Shown: one piece after another, positions 19,348 through 29,608 of the stretch
Layout of the letters: each line of letters starts with the position of its first letter
Numbering within the stretch: position 1 is the first letter of the stretch
Origin: Parcubacteria bacterium DG_74_1
Lineage (GTDB): Bacteria > Patescibacteriota > Minisyncoccia > Minisyncoccales > DG-74-1
Direction: 5' to 3'
NCBI GenBank assembly: GCA_001303125.1
Contig: LJNE01000002.1
Coordinates: 35,564 to 99,563, forward strand
Length of the DNA stretch: 64,000 nt
Program-made: the position numbers and the translations under genes
Notes under the pieces: model-generated
The model's input: only the letters and a program-made list of their open reading frames with translations
The model's database searches: none
Told to the model about the DNA's origin: nothing

Positions 19348-21175
19348 AGCGGAAATTAGGTATAAGTTCTCCTAGAATTTTTATTATTCTCTCTTTGTCT
19401 CCATTATAAGCTACTTTTTCTAATTTTTTAAGTGCCGAGTTCAGCTTGTTTTTGTTGACTTGAGCCAGTTTTGCCATAAATATCTTTTTATTTTGGGTGG
19501 CGGCAGTGCCTTCCTCGGCAGTCAGCAAGTCCTCAAAAAGTTTTTCTCCGGCCCGCGGTTCAGAAAATACAATGGGAACGTCTTTATCGGGTTCCAGACC
19601 GGAAAGTAAAATCAATTCTCTCGCTAAATCCATTATTTTTATCGGGTCTCCCATGTCCAAAACGAACACTTCTCCTCCTTCTCCCATGGCTCCGGCCTGT
19701 AGGACCAACAAACAAGCCTCGGGAGTAGTCATAAAATACCTTTTCATTTCAGAATGAGTAATTTCGATCGGCTCTCTTTTTTTGATTTTCTCTTTAAAAA
19801 GAGGTATTACACTCCCCCGGCTACCCAAAACGTTGCCAAACCTAACCGAAATGAACTTGGTTTTCCCCTTATTTAACATCTGGCAAATCATCTCGCTCGC
19901 TCTTTTTGTCGCTCCCATTATCGAAGTCGGATTGACTGCCTTATCGGTGGAAATAAAAATAAACTTTTCAATTCCATTTGTTAAGGCCGCCTCGGCAATG
20001 ACTTTTGTTCCAAAAATATTATTTTTGACTGCTTCGTCAGGATTTTCTTCCATCAAAGGAACGTGTTTGTAGGCTGCGGCATGAAAAACGATTTCCGGCG
20101 CAATAAAGCCGAAAATGCGATCTATTTTTTCTTTATCTCTAATGTCCGCCACAAAAGACATAACGTCGGAGAATTTATTTTTCAACTCGTTTTCTATATT
20201 AAAAATTCCGGTTTCGTCCTGGTCCAGTAAAAACAGGTGGCCCGGACGAAATTTAATTATTTGCCGGCAAAGTTCTGAACCAATAGAACCTGCCGCACCG
20301 GTAACCAAAATCTTTTTATTTTCAATAAAACTTTCAATTAATTCCGTTTCCAAAACTACAGGCTCTCTGCCCAGCAAATCTTCCATTTCAACATCTTTTA
20401 GATCGCCGAGGCTTATCTTGCCGTCAATCAGTTCATCTAGAGGAGGAACTATTTTGATTTTTCGCAAACCGGCATTCCTTCCACGTTCCACCGCCCCTCT
20501 GATTGTTTGGGAATCTGCTGAAGGTAAAGCCACAATCAAACCATCTATTCCTTCCTTCTTGGCTACTTGGGGAATATCTCTAATTCTACCTAAAACCCTT
20601 ACTCCGTGAATTAAATTCCCTTGTTTTGCCGAGTGGTCATCAACAAAACCGGCTGGCAAATAGGGGCTAGTGGCCGAACTTAAGATATTCCTTAAAATTT
20701 GCTCTCCGGCGTCGCCAGCACCGACGATTAAAGTTTTCTCTTTTTCTCCTTTCTTTCCGGTCGGGAAAGTTTGTAAATAAATTCTTTTGGCAAAACGAGC
20801 TCCGCCACAAAGAAAAAAAATAAAAAAATAACTAATAAAAAGGGTAGAGCGAGGGAAACCGGTAAAAATCGGATAGTCCCGTAAAACAAAAAAGGCACTG
20901 GTAAGTAGTAAGAAACTTAAAGCTGTCCCCTTTATCAAAGAAGTTAACTCTTCGGTGCTAACATAGGCCCAAGTAAAAGAATAAAGTCTTAAAAAATAAA
21001 AAATGGGTAGAGTAATTAACAGGGCCAAAAGAATTACTCCCCAAATATTGATAAAATAATGGTCCGGAATTTGACCTTCGAACCTAACCATAAAAGCTGA
21101 AAAAACCGAAAACAGAATTAAAATTATATCAGCTAATAGAAATGAAATTTTCCCTTCTGGAATTAATCTAAACAC
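19331..21175 (-). CDS. Membrane-bound nucleotide-sugar 4,6-dehydratase (WbpM/CapD/PglF family)
   Basis: N-terminal TM helices; Rossmann KKILVTGAAGSIGSEL; CapD-like C-terminus. Confidence 0.85.
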   Translation of the reverse strand: MFRLIPEGKISFLLADIILILFSVFSAFMVRFEGQIPDHYFINIWGVILLALLITLPIFYFLRLYSFTWAYVSTEELTSLIKGTALSFLLLTSAFFVLRDYPIFTGFPRSTLFISYFFIFFLCGGARFAKRIYLQTFPTGKKGEKEKTLIVGAGDAGEQILRNILSSATSPYLPAGFVDDHSAKQGNLIHGVRVLGRIRDIPQVAKKEGIDGLIVALPSADSQTIRGAVERGRNAGLRKIKIVPPLDELIDGKISLGDLKDVEMEDLLGREPVVLETELIESFIENKKILVTGAAGSIGSELCRQIIKFRPGHLFLLDQDETGIFNIENELKNKFSDVMSFVADIRDKEKIDRIFGFIAPEIVFHAAAYKHVPLMEENPDEAVKNNIFGTKVIAEAALTNGIEKFIFISTDKAVNPTSIMGATKRASEMICQMLNKGKTKFISVRFGNVLGSRGSVIPLFKEKIKKREPIEITHSEMKRYFMTTPEACLLVLQAGAMGEGGEVFVLDMGDPIKIMDLARELILLSGLEPDKDVPIVFSEPRAGEKLFEDLLTAEEGTAATQNKKIFMAKLAQVNKNKLNSALKKLEKVAYNGDKERIIKILGELIPNFRYGKEI

Positions 21176-22367
21176 GATTATAAAATTCTTTTATGCATTT
21201 TATTACATAATTAACCTCTTTGTCTGTTAACTCGGGATAAATCGGAAGCCTTACAGATTCCCTCGCTATCCTTTCGGTGATGGGTAAATTAAAGTGTTCC
21301 ATTCCCAATCCTTTTAATTTATGGTTTGGAATTGTATCTCTAATCAAGAGCTCTACCCCTTTGCCGTCCATATACTTTTTAAATTTCCACATATTTTTTA
21401 CTTTAATAATATATTCCTGGTAAATCTGTTTGGGTTGTTGAGTCGGAAGGATACAAGGCAAATTTTTTAAGCCCTTATTATACATCATTCCTATTTTTCT
21501 CCTTCTTTTAAGCATTGCTGGGTAATATTTAAGTTTTATATTTAAAACAGCTGCCTGAACATTGTCTAATCTGCTATTATACCCCCACTCCATAATCTTG
21601 GGCGTCTTTGGCTGGGCTCCGTGCAATGCTCCTTGAGTAATATTCCAGTGATTTCGCATCAGTAAAAGCCTCTGGTATAGTTTTCGGTTATTTGTCACTA
21701 TTCCTCCACCATCTCCGGCTCCCCCCAGGGTCTTGGGCGATATAAAGCTAAAACAACCCGTATCTCCTATACCTCCCGCTAATTTCTTATCCCAATATGC
21801 GCCCAAAGCTTGACAAGCATCCTCGACAATCCATAATTTGTATTTTTTAGCTATTCTCATAATTTCATCCATATCACACACCTTCCCTGACAAATGAACT
21901 GGGACAATCCCCACTGTTCTTTTAGTAATCGCTTTTTCAATAAGAGAAACGTCGATTAACCCATCTTCTCCGACGTCAATTAAAATGGGCCTTGCCCCCA
22001 AATGAACTATTTCTTCTATAGAAGAAATAAAAGTGTGACCGACAGTTACAACTTCGTCTCCGGGTCCGCAACCCAAAACTCTATAAGAAAGCTTCAAGGC
22101 ATCAGTTCCCGAATTAACGCCAACAGCATATTTTACTCTCACAAACTTCGCCAACTTTCCCTCAAATTCTAGGAGGTCCTTCCTCAAAACAAAATTACCC
22201 AAAGAAAAACATTTATCAATTGCCCATAAAATCTCTCTTCTGTGGGTCTTATAATATCGACGGTAACTTGAATTTATAAAATCTACTTTGTACTTCATGT
22301 GATTTATATTTCTTTCGAAGCAGAAATTATTTCCAGGGTTATTAATTTTTATATTCTTATATAGCAA
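21168..22367 (-). CDS. DegT/DnrJ/EryC1/StrS-family PLP-dependent sugar aminotransferase
   Basis: [12 protein letters not shown]...ILIDV motifs; C-terminal fold-type I domain. Confidence 0.85.
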   Translation of the reverse strand: MLYKNIKINNPGNNFCFERNINHMKYKVDFINSSYRRYYKTHRREILWAIDKCFSLGNFVLRKDLLEFEGKLAKFVRVKYAVGVNSGTDALKLSYRVLGCGPGDEVVTVGHTFISSIEEIVHLGARPILIDVGEDGLIDVSLIEKAITKRTVGIVPVHLSGKVCDMDEIMRIAKKYKLWIVEDACQALGAYWDKKLAGGIGDTGCFSFISPKTLGGAGDGGGIVTNNRKLYQRLLLMRNHWNITQGALHGAQPKTPKIMEWGYNSRLDNVQAAVLNIKLKYYPAMLKRRRKIGMMYNKGLKNLPCILPTQQPKQIYQEYIIKVKNMWKFKKYMDGKGVELLIRDTIPNHKLKGLGMEHFNLPITERIARESVRLPIYPELTDKEVNYVIKCIKEFYNRV

Positions 22368-22849
22368 GGCGAATTCACCCTGTATGTTTCTAAAATGATC
22401 TTTTTAACTTCTTGGGGTGTCTTCGCGATAAATGTTTTAAAGTCAGGTAAGTGTTCCAAAATTTTTATTTCTTCTTTTTCTTCAATAAGGTTGTGCGAAA
22501 AGCCCAAAAATTTGTATCGCTCGCTACCTTTTACTCCGATGATTTTTACATTGGCTTTATGTAGACAGACGGCATTCCTGACCGCCTCATAAGGCCTGAA
22601 GGTTACAAAATTTATCATACTGTAAACATAGGGCTTTAGGCCGGATAAAGCCATGCCCGCGGCAATTGTCATCACGCTTTGCTCGGTAACCCCAAAGTTC
22701 AAAACTTTAAACTTATTTCCAGGATCATCCAGATAATTAAAGCCGACGTCAGGAATAATAACGATAATATTCGGGTCTTTCTCTGCCAAAATATTTAACG
22801 TTTCTACAAAAGTTCTCCTTGTGTCTTGTTGTTTAATTATTTCAGCCAT
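22349..22849 (-). CDS. Transketolase-like C-terminal (pyrimidine-binding) subunit, truncated (166 aa)
   Basis: Similar to the transketolase Pyr domain (FGVTEQSVMTIAAGMALSGLKPYV) but lacks the usual C-terminal domain. Confidence 0.7.
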   Translation of the reverse strand: MAEIIKQQDTRRTFVETLNILAEKDPNIIVIIPDVGFNYLDDPGNKFKVLNFGVTEQSVMTIAAGMALSGLKPYVYSMINFVTFRPYEAVRNAVCLHKANVKIIGVKGSERYKFLGFSHNLIEEKEEIKILEHLPDFKTFIAKTPQEVKKIILETYRVNSPCYIRI

Positions 22850-23639
22850 TTGACTTTAATTCTTTTAAAGCTTTCTGATATTCTTCGTCAGAAGGAGCTT
22901 TATAGTGGTATAAATTCGCCCCCTCCATAAAGCTTACCCCCTTCCCTTTAATTGTTCTGGCAATGATAACCATCGGCTTTTGAGATACGGAGTCAAGAAG
23001 GGCTTTTTCTATTTCTTCAGAATTGTGCCCGTCAATCTCTCTGACTTCCCAGCCAAAAGCTTCCCACTTATCTTTCAAGGGCTCAATGTTCAAAATATCT
23101 TTGACCCTGCCCATTGCCTGTAATCCGTTGAAATCCACAATAACAACCAAATTGTTTAATTTATGATGCGCTCCGATAAGAGCTGACTCCCAAGTTGTAC
23201 CGCAATCCATTTCTCCGTCTGACATTAAGACAAACACTCTCCCCTTCTCTTGTTTTATTTTTTTTGCCAAAGCAAATCCAACGCCAAAAGGTAACCCAAA
23301 CCCCATTGAGCCTCCAGCTGCTTCCACTCCTCTCACGCTAGGTTCTATGAGGCCGATATACTTACTGCCCTCTTTGCAATAAGTGCCTAAATCTTCTTTC
23401 GGAATAATCTCCTTTTTCGCCAAGAAAAAATATACGGAAGCTGCCACCCAGCCTTTTGAAACAACTACCCTGTCCCTATCTTCTTTCAAATCCTTGTCTA
23501 TATCGGCAATACTATACAGAACCGTAAGTATATCTATAGACGAAAAATTACTACCAATATGACTCGTCTGCGCCCGATAAATCATTTCCAGTACTTTTTT
23601 TCTTGCTTCTAAAGCGATTTTTTTATAATTTTCAGGCAT
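22842..23639 (-). CDS. Transketolase-like N-terminal (TPP-binding) subunit
   Basis: TPP-binding GSMGFGLP...SDGEMDCG motifs. Confidence 0.8.
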   Translation of the reverse strand: MPENYKKIALEARKKVLEMIYRAQTSHIGSNFSSIDILTVLYSIADIDKDLKEDRDRVVVSKGWVAASVYFFLAKKEIIPKEDLGTYCKEGSKYIGLIEPSVRGVEAAGGSMGFGLPFGVGFALAKKIKQEKGRVFVLMSDGEMDCGTTWESALIGAHHKLNNLVVIVDFNGLQAMGRVKDILNIEPLKDKWEAFGWEVREIDGHNSEEIEKALLDSVSQKPMVIIARTIKGKGVSFMEGANLYHYKAPSDEEYQKALKELKSNG

Positions 23640-24225
23640 TGAAAACTTTAAATATCGTCTTGATGACTATCTTTAAGTCTAACAAAAAAGAATGATTTTT
23701 TACATACTCTATTTGAAGCCGTATTTTCTCCGGTCTAATCTTTTCCATATAAGTTTTTTCCGGATCCAAACTGCCCTTTAATACTTCTCCCTCGTGAAAA
23801 TTCCATAAAGACGCTAAATCCGTCACTCCGGGTTTTACAGAAAGGATAGTTTTTCTTTCCTCAAAAGTCATCATATTAACATATACCTTCACTTCGGGTC
23901 TCGGTCCCACAAAACTCATTTCGCCTTTTAAAACGTTTATCAATTGAGGCAATTCGTCAAGCTGATAGTTCTTTAAAAAACGACCAACTTTCAACAACCT
24001 CGGGTCGTCTCCGGCGGTTGAGGCCCCTCCTACTTTCTCAGCATCAACAATCATTGTCCTAAACTTAAAAATCCTGAAGGGTTTTCCGTCCTTTCCGGCC
24101 CTTTCTCCGCGATAAAAAACCGGTCCCGGCGACTCTCGCTTTATTAAAATCGCAATGGCTAAAAACAGGGGCGAAGCTAAAATCATCCCCAAAACAGAAA
24201 AAATAATATCAAATAATCTTTTCAT
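23632..24225 (-). CDS. Polyprenyl-phosphate sugar phosphotransferase (PglC/WbaP C-terminal type, initiating)
   Basis: MKRLFDIIFSVLGMILASPLF...GPVFYRGERAGKDGKPFRIFKFRTM. Confidence 0.85.
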   Translation of the reverse strand: MKRLFDIIFSVLGMILASPLFLAIAILIKRESPGPVFYRGERAGKDGKPFRIFKFRTMIVDAEKVGGASTAGDDPRLLKVGRFLKNYQLDELPQLINVLKGEMSFVGPRPEVKVYVNMMTFEERKTILSVKPGVTDLASLWNFHEGEVLKGSLDPEKTYMEKIRPEKIRLQIEYVKNHSFLLDLKIVIKTIFKVFNA

Positions 24226-24231
24226 ATAAAT

Positions 24232-25011
24232 TTATTTTAACCTCGGTTCGCTAAAAATAAAAACGATTTTAAATGAGTATTTTTTTAAAAAAAATACGTT
24301 AAGCAATGGCCTTTCAATTACTTCTAAAATTTTCAATAAAATCTTTCCAGCCGACGCATTTAAAAAAGGAAACGCTAACCAGGAAATAAGATGAAAACAA
24401 TGAACTTCAACCTTATTGAAATACTTTTCCGCTTCTTTCAAATCTTTAATTTTGAATATGTGCTCTGTCGCCCAGTCGGTTCGTTTTCTCAATAATTTAT
24501 TAATTTTCCTTTTAAAATTCGTAAATGGATTGTGGCCGAAAGTTTCAATTCCAATTAAGAAACCTTGTGGCTTCAAAACGCGAGATAATTCAGGGTAGGC
24601 CTTCTTTAAATCTATAGAAGAAAAAGTACCGCCGTCAAAAATAATATCAAAATAATTTTCGGGGAATTCTATTTTTTCACAATCCATCAATAAAAACTTT
24701 ACTTTATCTTCTATTTTCTCTCTTTTTATTTTCTCCTTAGCGATCTCAAGCGACTTTTTAGAAAGATCAATCCCGACCACCTCTGCTCCGCATCTCGCAG
24801 GAAAAACAGAATGAATCCCATTGCCACAGCCATAATCTAAAACTTTCTTGCCTCGGCAATTTTTTTTTACAAACTGGTAAAGAAAATTATAGCTTGAAAG
24901 TAGATTTGGACTAAAACCTTCAAAGTCTACTTGTTGACCTTTCTTTTCTCTTAGCGATTCTTCTGCTCTCTTATCATAATATTCAATTTCTTTGTTCTTT
25001 CTTTCTTCCAT
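24232..25011 (-). CDS. Class I SAM-dependent methyltransferase
   Basis: VLDYGCGNGIHS motif I. Confidence 0.75.
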   Translation of the reverse strand: MEERKNKEIEYYDKRAEESLREKKGQQVDFEGFSPNLLSSYNFLYQFVKKNCRGKKVLDYGCGNGIHSVFPARCGAEVVGIDLSKKSLEIAKEKIKREKIEDKVKFLLMDCEKIEFPENYFDIIFDGGTFSSIDLKKAYPELSRVLKPQGFLIGIETFGHNPFTNFKRKINKLLRKRTDWATEHIFKIKDLKEAEKYFNKVEVHCFHLISWLAFPFLNASAGKILLKILEVIERPLLNVFFLKKYSFKIVFIFSEPRLK

Positions 25012-25017
25012 AATAAT

Positions 25018-26025
25018 TTATTTTGCTAATTTTATTAACCCAAAAATAGAACCTAGGCCGTAGCTAAAATGACGGATCACAAAGGCGATGGGTAAGACGA
25101 GAAGGTATTCAATTCCTTTTTTAATAGAAATTCTCAAAGAAAAAAATAAATTTAGTAACAAATAACTGCCCAAAAGTAGATCAAATAATATTTTAGCTGC
25201 CAAAAAGAAAAAGCTTAAAACAAAAAGCCCTAATACTCCCGAGACAAGAAAGAGGGGTATTAAGTGCCGCCAAGAAAAAATCTTAATCTTAAATTTCAAA
25301 GGATAAGTAACCCACACGCCATCATTAAAATTATGTTGTAAAAAATCTTTAAGACTAGCTTGGGGGTAATAATAACTTATAATATCGGGGGCTAAGAGAA
25401 TTTTTCCTCCGGATTTTTTTAACCTTAAATTGAACTCCATATCCTGACTTCTCCTTAAATTTTCATTGAAGAGACCTACTTTATCAAAAACCTCTCTTTT
25501 ATAACAGCCGCCAAAAACAGTATCTACTTCTCTGGCAACTTTTGAGCCCAATCTGAAATAAGAACCCCCTACCCCGAAAAAGGAGGATAATGAAACTGCA
25601 ATAGATTTGGCAATTAAGGTATCTTTGACTGGTATCGCTCTCACTACTCCCCCAATATTATCAACGTTATATTTATTTAAATATTTTACACACTTTGAAA
25701 CATAATCTTTTTCATAACTAGCGTGAGCGCCCATTAATACTATAGCTTCTCCCTTTGCTTCTTTGATTCCAATATTAAAGGCGAAATTAGTAAATTTCTT
25801 CTGATTCTCTAAAATTTTAATAAATGGATATTTTTGACCGTAGTTCTGCACAATTTTCCTTGTTCTATCTCCTGACATCCCGTCAACAACAAAAACCTCT
25901 ATTCTTTCTTTTGGATAATCCTGAGAAATAATAGAATCTAAACATTTTCCAATAAATTTTTCTTCATTCCGACAGGGAATAATAATTGAAACAAGGGAGA
26001 AATTATTTTTAAAATAAGCCTTCAT
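25018..26025 (-). CDS. Glycosyltransferase family 2 with C-terminal TM helices
   Basis: SIIIPCRNEEKFIGKCLDSIISQDYP; DxD region. Confidence 0.8.
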   Translation of the reverse strand: MKAYFKNNFSLVSIIIPCRNEEKFIGKCLDSIISQDYPKERIEVFVVDGMSGDRTRKIVQNYGQKYPFIKILENQKKFTNFAFNIGIKEAKGEAIVLMGAHASYEKDYVSKCVKYLNKYNVDNIGGVVRAIPVKDTLIAKSIAVSLSSFFGVGGSYFRLGSKVAREVDTVFGGCYKREVFDKVGLFNENLRRSQDMEFNLRLKKSGGKILLAPDIISYYYPQASLKDFLQHNFNDGVWVTYPLKFKIKIFSWRHLIPLFLVSGVLGLFVLSFFFLAAKILFDLLLGSYLLLNLFFSLRISIKKGIEYLLVLPIAFVIRHFSYGLGSIFGLIKLAK

Positions 26026-27142
26026 AAACCTTTAGAAGTTTTTTGCTTTCATTTTCCCAAACAAATTTATCCTGGCATTTAAAAGTATTTTTTTTCTTTT
26101 CTTCAATATCTTCTTTGGAAATTTTCTCCACTAATCGCCTTACCGATTTTTCATCAACTGTAACCTTCCAGCCGCAGTTGTTCTCATCGATGACCTTTCC
26201 CATTTCCGGGAAATCGCTAACAATCACTGGCAGTCCGCTCAAAAGATATTCGAAAAGTTTATTAGGTAGAGAATAAAAATAACTCAAGCAAATATTTTCA
26301 ATTAAAGATATTCCCACATCGGCACCAGTCGTATAATATATGACTTCCTCTGGCTTTACGGCCGGCTGGAAATGAATATTGCGATATTTCTTTTCATACT
26401 CTTTAATTTTTCCCTCTAACCCTCCATAACCCATAAAAACGATGTGTTTTTTTGAATCAATCCTAGAGAAAACATTTAAAAGGATGTTATTCCCTCTTCC
26501 TTCGCCCAGAGCCCCTTGGTTTATGTACAGTATTTCATCTTCTTTAATATCAAACTTTCTCTTTAAAATATCATTCTGTTTTATTTTTTGTCGATAAGGG
26601 AAATTTCTAACAATATAGATATTGTTTAAGTTGTGTCTATTCTTATACCATTCAGCTATTGAATCACTCACTACAATAAGAATATCTACATAATTTATTA
26701 AAATCCTTTCAGCTATTTTAAATGGGATTTTTCTTATTTTTGATACCCTAGCTCCTTCAGTTTCCAATTCGTGAGTGTCATAAACCAGCTTCGACTTTTT
26801 GGACAATTTAAACAATAATCCCAAAGGCAACACAGGTAGAGAGTGGCAATTGACTAGAATAACATTTTCTCTCTTGAAATTGAGTAGTATCTTTAACATC
26901 CATTCGGTATATTTCAGTAATTTAAAAAAAGAGGTTGATGGTAAAAATTTCAATTTTAAAGGGACTCTCCATATTTCTCGCTTAATATCCAGCTTTTCCC
27001 GTTCTCTAGCCCCCTCTTCCCAGATTCCTAAAATAAAAACCTTATCCATCAAGCCAGAATTAACGATGGTCTCTGTTTCTTTTAAAATCCGACTTTCGTG
27101 TCTAATATTGGAAGGATAAATATGTAAATTTATTTTTCTCAC
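26009..27142 (-). CDS. GT-B fold glycosyltransferase (GT4-like)
   Basis: C-terminal EGFGLP-like motif variant (EYLLSGLPVIVSDFPEM). Confidence 0.7.
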   Translation of the reverse strand: MRKINLHIYPSNIRHESRILKETETIVNSGLMDKVFILGIWEEGAREREKLDIKREIWRVPLKLKFLPSTSFFKLLKYTEWMLKILLNFKRENVILVNCHSLPVLPLGLLFKLSKKSKLVYDTHELETEGARVSKIRKIPFKIAERILINYVDILIVVSDSIAEWYKNRHNLNNIYIVRNFPYRQKIKQNDILKRKFDIKEDEILYINQGALGEGRGNNILLNVFSRIDSKKHIVFMGYGGLEGKIKEYEKKYRNIHFQPAVKPEEVIYYTTGADVGISLIENICLSYFYSLPNKLFEYLLSGLPVIVSDFPEMGKVIDENNCGWKVTVDEKSVRRLVEKISKEDIEEKKKNTFKCQDKFVWENESKKLLKVYEGLF

Positions 27143-27145
27143 TTT

Positions 27146-28252
27146 CTAATAATTGTGAGTGATTTTTCTTTTGGCTAATTTAACCAGAAAATTATCTCTT
27201 TTGAAAAAGAAACTGTTATTAGGGTAATTTTTATAATTCTTAACGGGAGCCTGCATTATCTCTTCAAATTCTTTTTCACTAAGACCTAATTTTTGAAGAA
27301 CATATTTCCTGTCTTGCTCTAATAGTTCTTTATTGGGATAAGGCTCTTTCTTCATTTCTTCTAAAGCTTCTTCTCTGCTCATTTGCCCGGAATTGATTAA
27401 GGTGGAAAAGTGAGCTCTTCTTTTATCAATGCCGAATTTAGTAGGTAAGATATAACACTGGAAGAAACGAGTATAAATAGATTCTCCGTGTTTAATATTA
27501 TAATCTTGCCAACCTAATTCTCCTTTTAGAATTTTTTTTGCTTCCTGTTTATTATAAGGAATATAGTTTAATATTGGAACAAACCTTATTTTTTTGAAGA
27601 AAGCATAATAAATCCAGTGTAACAGACCCACTTGAGGGAAAGTTTTTAATTCAACTCTACCAAATTTTTTATGGATGGCCCGGAGATATTTTAAATCTTT
27701 AGAGTCATAACCCCAACTTTCTGGCATAATAGCCTCAGTAACAATGTTTCCCCCGTGGATAATATATTTTATGTTCCATTTATCGGCTAACCGATAAAGA
27801 AAGGATACAATACCATGATCAGTTGGAATTTCAGCATTAGGGATAGAAGCTTTTAAAAAGGCAATCTGTAGGTCCTTGAATTCTTCGGGGTCAACTTTAT
27901 ATTTAATTATTTCCAAGTCTAATTTAGCAATTAGATTATTAACATTTCTTTTAGCAATTTCAGTATCCCAACCATTATCAAAACTGACTGCCACTGGATT
28001 TAAACCGTATTTTTTAGCTAAATAAACAGTCATGGTACTATCTGTGCCGCCAGAAACTCCGATTAAACACCTCCCATTAGATTTTTTTATTTCACCAATT
28101 AATTTCTTTAATTCTTCGGGGCCCTTTAATTCGTTTTTTGCTCTCTCTTCATACATCTTGCAGTAATTACAAATTCCCTTTTCATCAAAGGTTATTCCAG
28201 GATCCGTTGTGTCCATAATACATTTAGTGCAAGTTTGGTAATTTTTTGTCAT
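27146..28252 (-). CDS. N-acetyl-sugar amidotransferase (WbpG/LfnA family, PP-loop ATPase)
   Basis: N-terminal Cys-rich CTKCIMDTTDPGITFDEKGICNYC; PP-loop VSGGTDST. Confidence 0.8.
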   Translation of the reverse strand: MTKNYQTCTKCIMDTTDPGITFDEKGICNYCKMYEERAKNELKGPEELKKLIGEIKKSNGRCLIGVSGGTDSTMTVYLAKKYGLNPVAVSFDNGWDTEIAKRNVNNLIAKLDLEIIKYKVDPEEFKDLQIAFLKASIPNAEIPTDHGIVSFLYRLADKWNIKYIIHGGNIVTEAIMPESWGYDSKDLKYLRAIHKKFGRVELKTFPQVGLLHWIYYAFFKKIRFVPILNYIPYNKQEAKKILKGELGWQDYNIKHGESIYTRFFQCYILPTKFGIDKRRAHFSTLINSGQMSREEALEEMKKEPYPNKELLEQDRKYVLQKLGLSEKEFEEIMQAPVKNYKNYPNNSFFFKRDNFLVKLAKRKITHNY

Positions 28253-28269
28253 GTTTTTATTATGGTAAC

Positions 28270-29601
28270 TTAATTATTTTTAAGTAAAAATTTTTTATAA
28301 AATTGGAGGTCTGATTTTTTTAAAATAATTATGTCTTTAATTCTATTGCCAGAAATTTTACTATAGAAAAAAAGTTCTATTAAAAATGCAATATTATATG
28401 AGATTGCCGTGGCTCCCGCTGCTCCAATGATACCGAATTTCGGAATAAATATAATATTTAAAAGGATATTTAAAATTAAACTAGCTATAGCAATGTAAGT
28501 GTTGACTATTGGTCTGCCCCTTCCAGACAAATCGTAAGTTAACACCGTATAACCGCTGAAACCAATTGTGCCTATTAATAATATCCTTAAGGGTAAAACA
28601 GAATACAAATATGCCTCAGAATAGAATAAGACTATTATCCAATAACTTAAAAGGAAAATGATTAAAACAACGAAAAAAGTAACAAATAAAATATTTCGAC
28701 AAACTAAAGGGGTAAAATCTCTCAATTTTTGGCCGTTTGTTTCTGCGGCCACCTTTGGAAAAAGTACTGTGCCGCCAGACTGAGAAATAACCTGAATTTT
28801 TTCCGATATCAGACTCGCCACGGCGTAAAAACCAACGGCTAAAGGATTTAAAAAAATATTAATCATCCATATATCTATCTTAAGATGCAGGAATTGACTA
28901 ACACTACTGAAATAAGACCTGGAGCCAAAAGAAAAAAAATCTTTAATTAAGGGTTTATTAAGGGAAAAAGATATACCACCAATTTCCTTCTTAATTCCAG
29001 AAAACAAAAAGGTGGAGGCGATGAAAAGCGATAAAAATTCAGCCAAAATCGCCGCTTTTATTCCAAAATGAAATCCTAAGAGAAGAATAGCTATTAATAA
29101 TAAAAAAATAAATGTATTGAAAAATTGAATAAAATTATATTTTTCAATTTTCTGCATCCCCAACCAAATATTCATTATCAAATTCAGAAAATATTTAAAG
29201 GGCACTAAACTTAGACCCAAAAATAAATAATTTTTTTCAATACCTGGGAAAAGCTTACTACTGAAAAAAAAGATAATAATCGAGCCCATTATTACCGCAG
29301 AAGCACTCATCGAAATTGAAAACATAACACTCGTGCCAAAAATTTCTTTCAAGGGATATTTATTTTTGCCGACATGAAAAACTAAAGCAGAAGTAAGTCC
29401 AAAATTTGTAAAAATTGTTAAAAGAGCTGGCAATAAGATTGCCAAAAAGTAAATGCCATTCTTCTCCGGTCCCAAAACCCTAGCGATAATAACATAAATT
29501 CCAACTCCAATAACCAGTTGTAATACTCTCGTAGTCAAAGTAATCAATGAATCTTTTGTAAACTTCCCCATTGTTAAACTATTTCTTATTAAATCTAACA
29601 A
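28270..29601 (-). CDS. Polysaccharide flippase (Wzx, MOP superfamily)
   Basis: About 12-14 TM helices; Wzx-like architecture and position in the cluster. Confidence 0.75.
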   Translation of the reverse strand: MLDLIRNSLTMGKFTKDSLITLTTRVLQLVIGVGIYVIIARVLGPEKNGIYFLAILLPALLTIFTNFGLTSALVFHVGKNKYPLKEIFGTSVMFSISMSASAVIMGSIIIFFFSSKLFPGIEKNYLFLGLSLVPFKYFLNLIMNIWLGMQKIEKYNFIQFFNTFIFLLLIAILLLGFHFGIKAAILAEFLSLFIASTFLFSGIKKEIGGISFSLNKPLIKDFFSFGSRSYFSSVSQFLHLKIDIWMINIFLNPLAVGFYAVASLISEKIQVISQSGGTVLFPKVAAETNGQKLRDFTPLVCRNILFVTFFVVLIIFLLSYWIIVLFYSEAYLYSVLPLRILLIGTIGFSGYTVLTYDLSGRGRPIVNTYIAIASLILNILLNIIFIPKFGIIGAAGATAISYNIAFLIELFFYSKISGNRIKDIIILKKSDLQFYKKFLLKNN

Positions 29602-29608
29602 TATTCTT

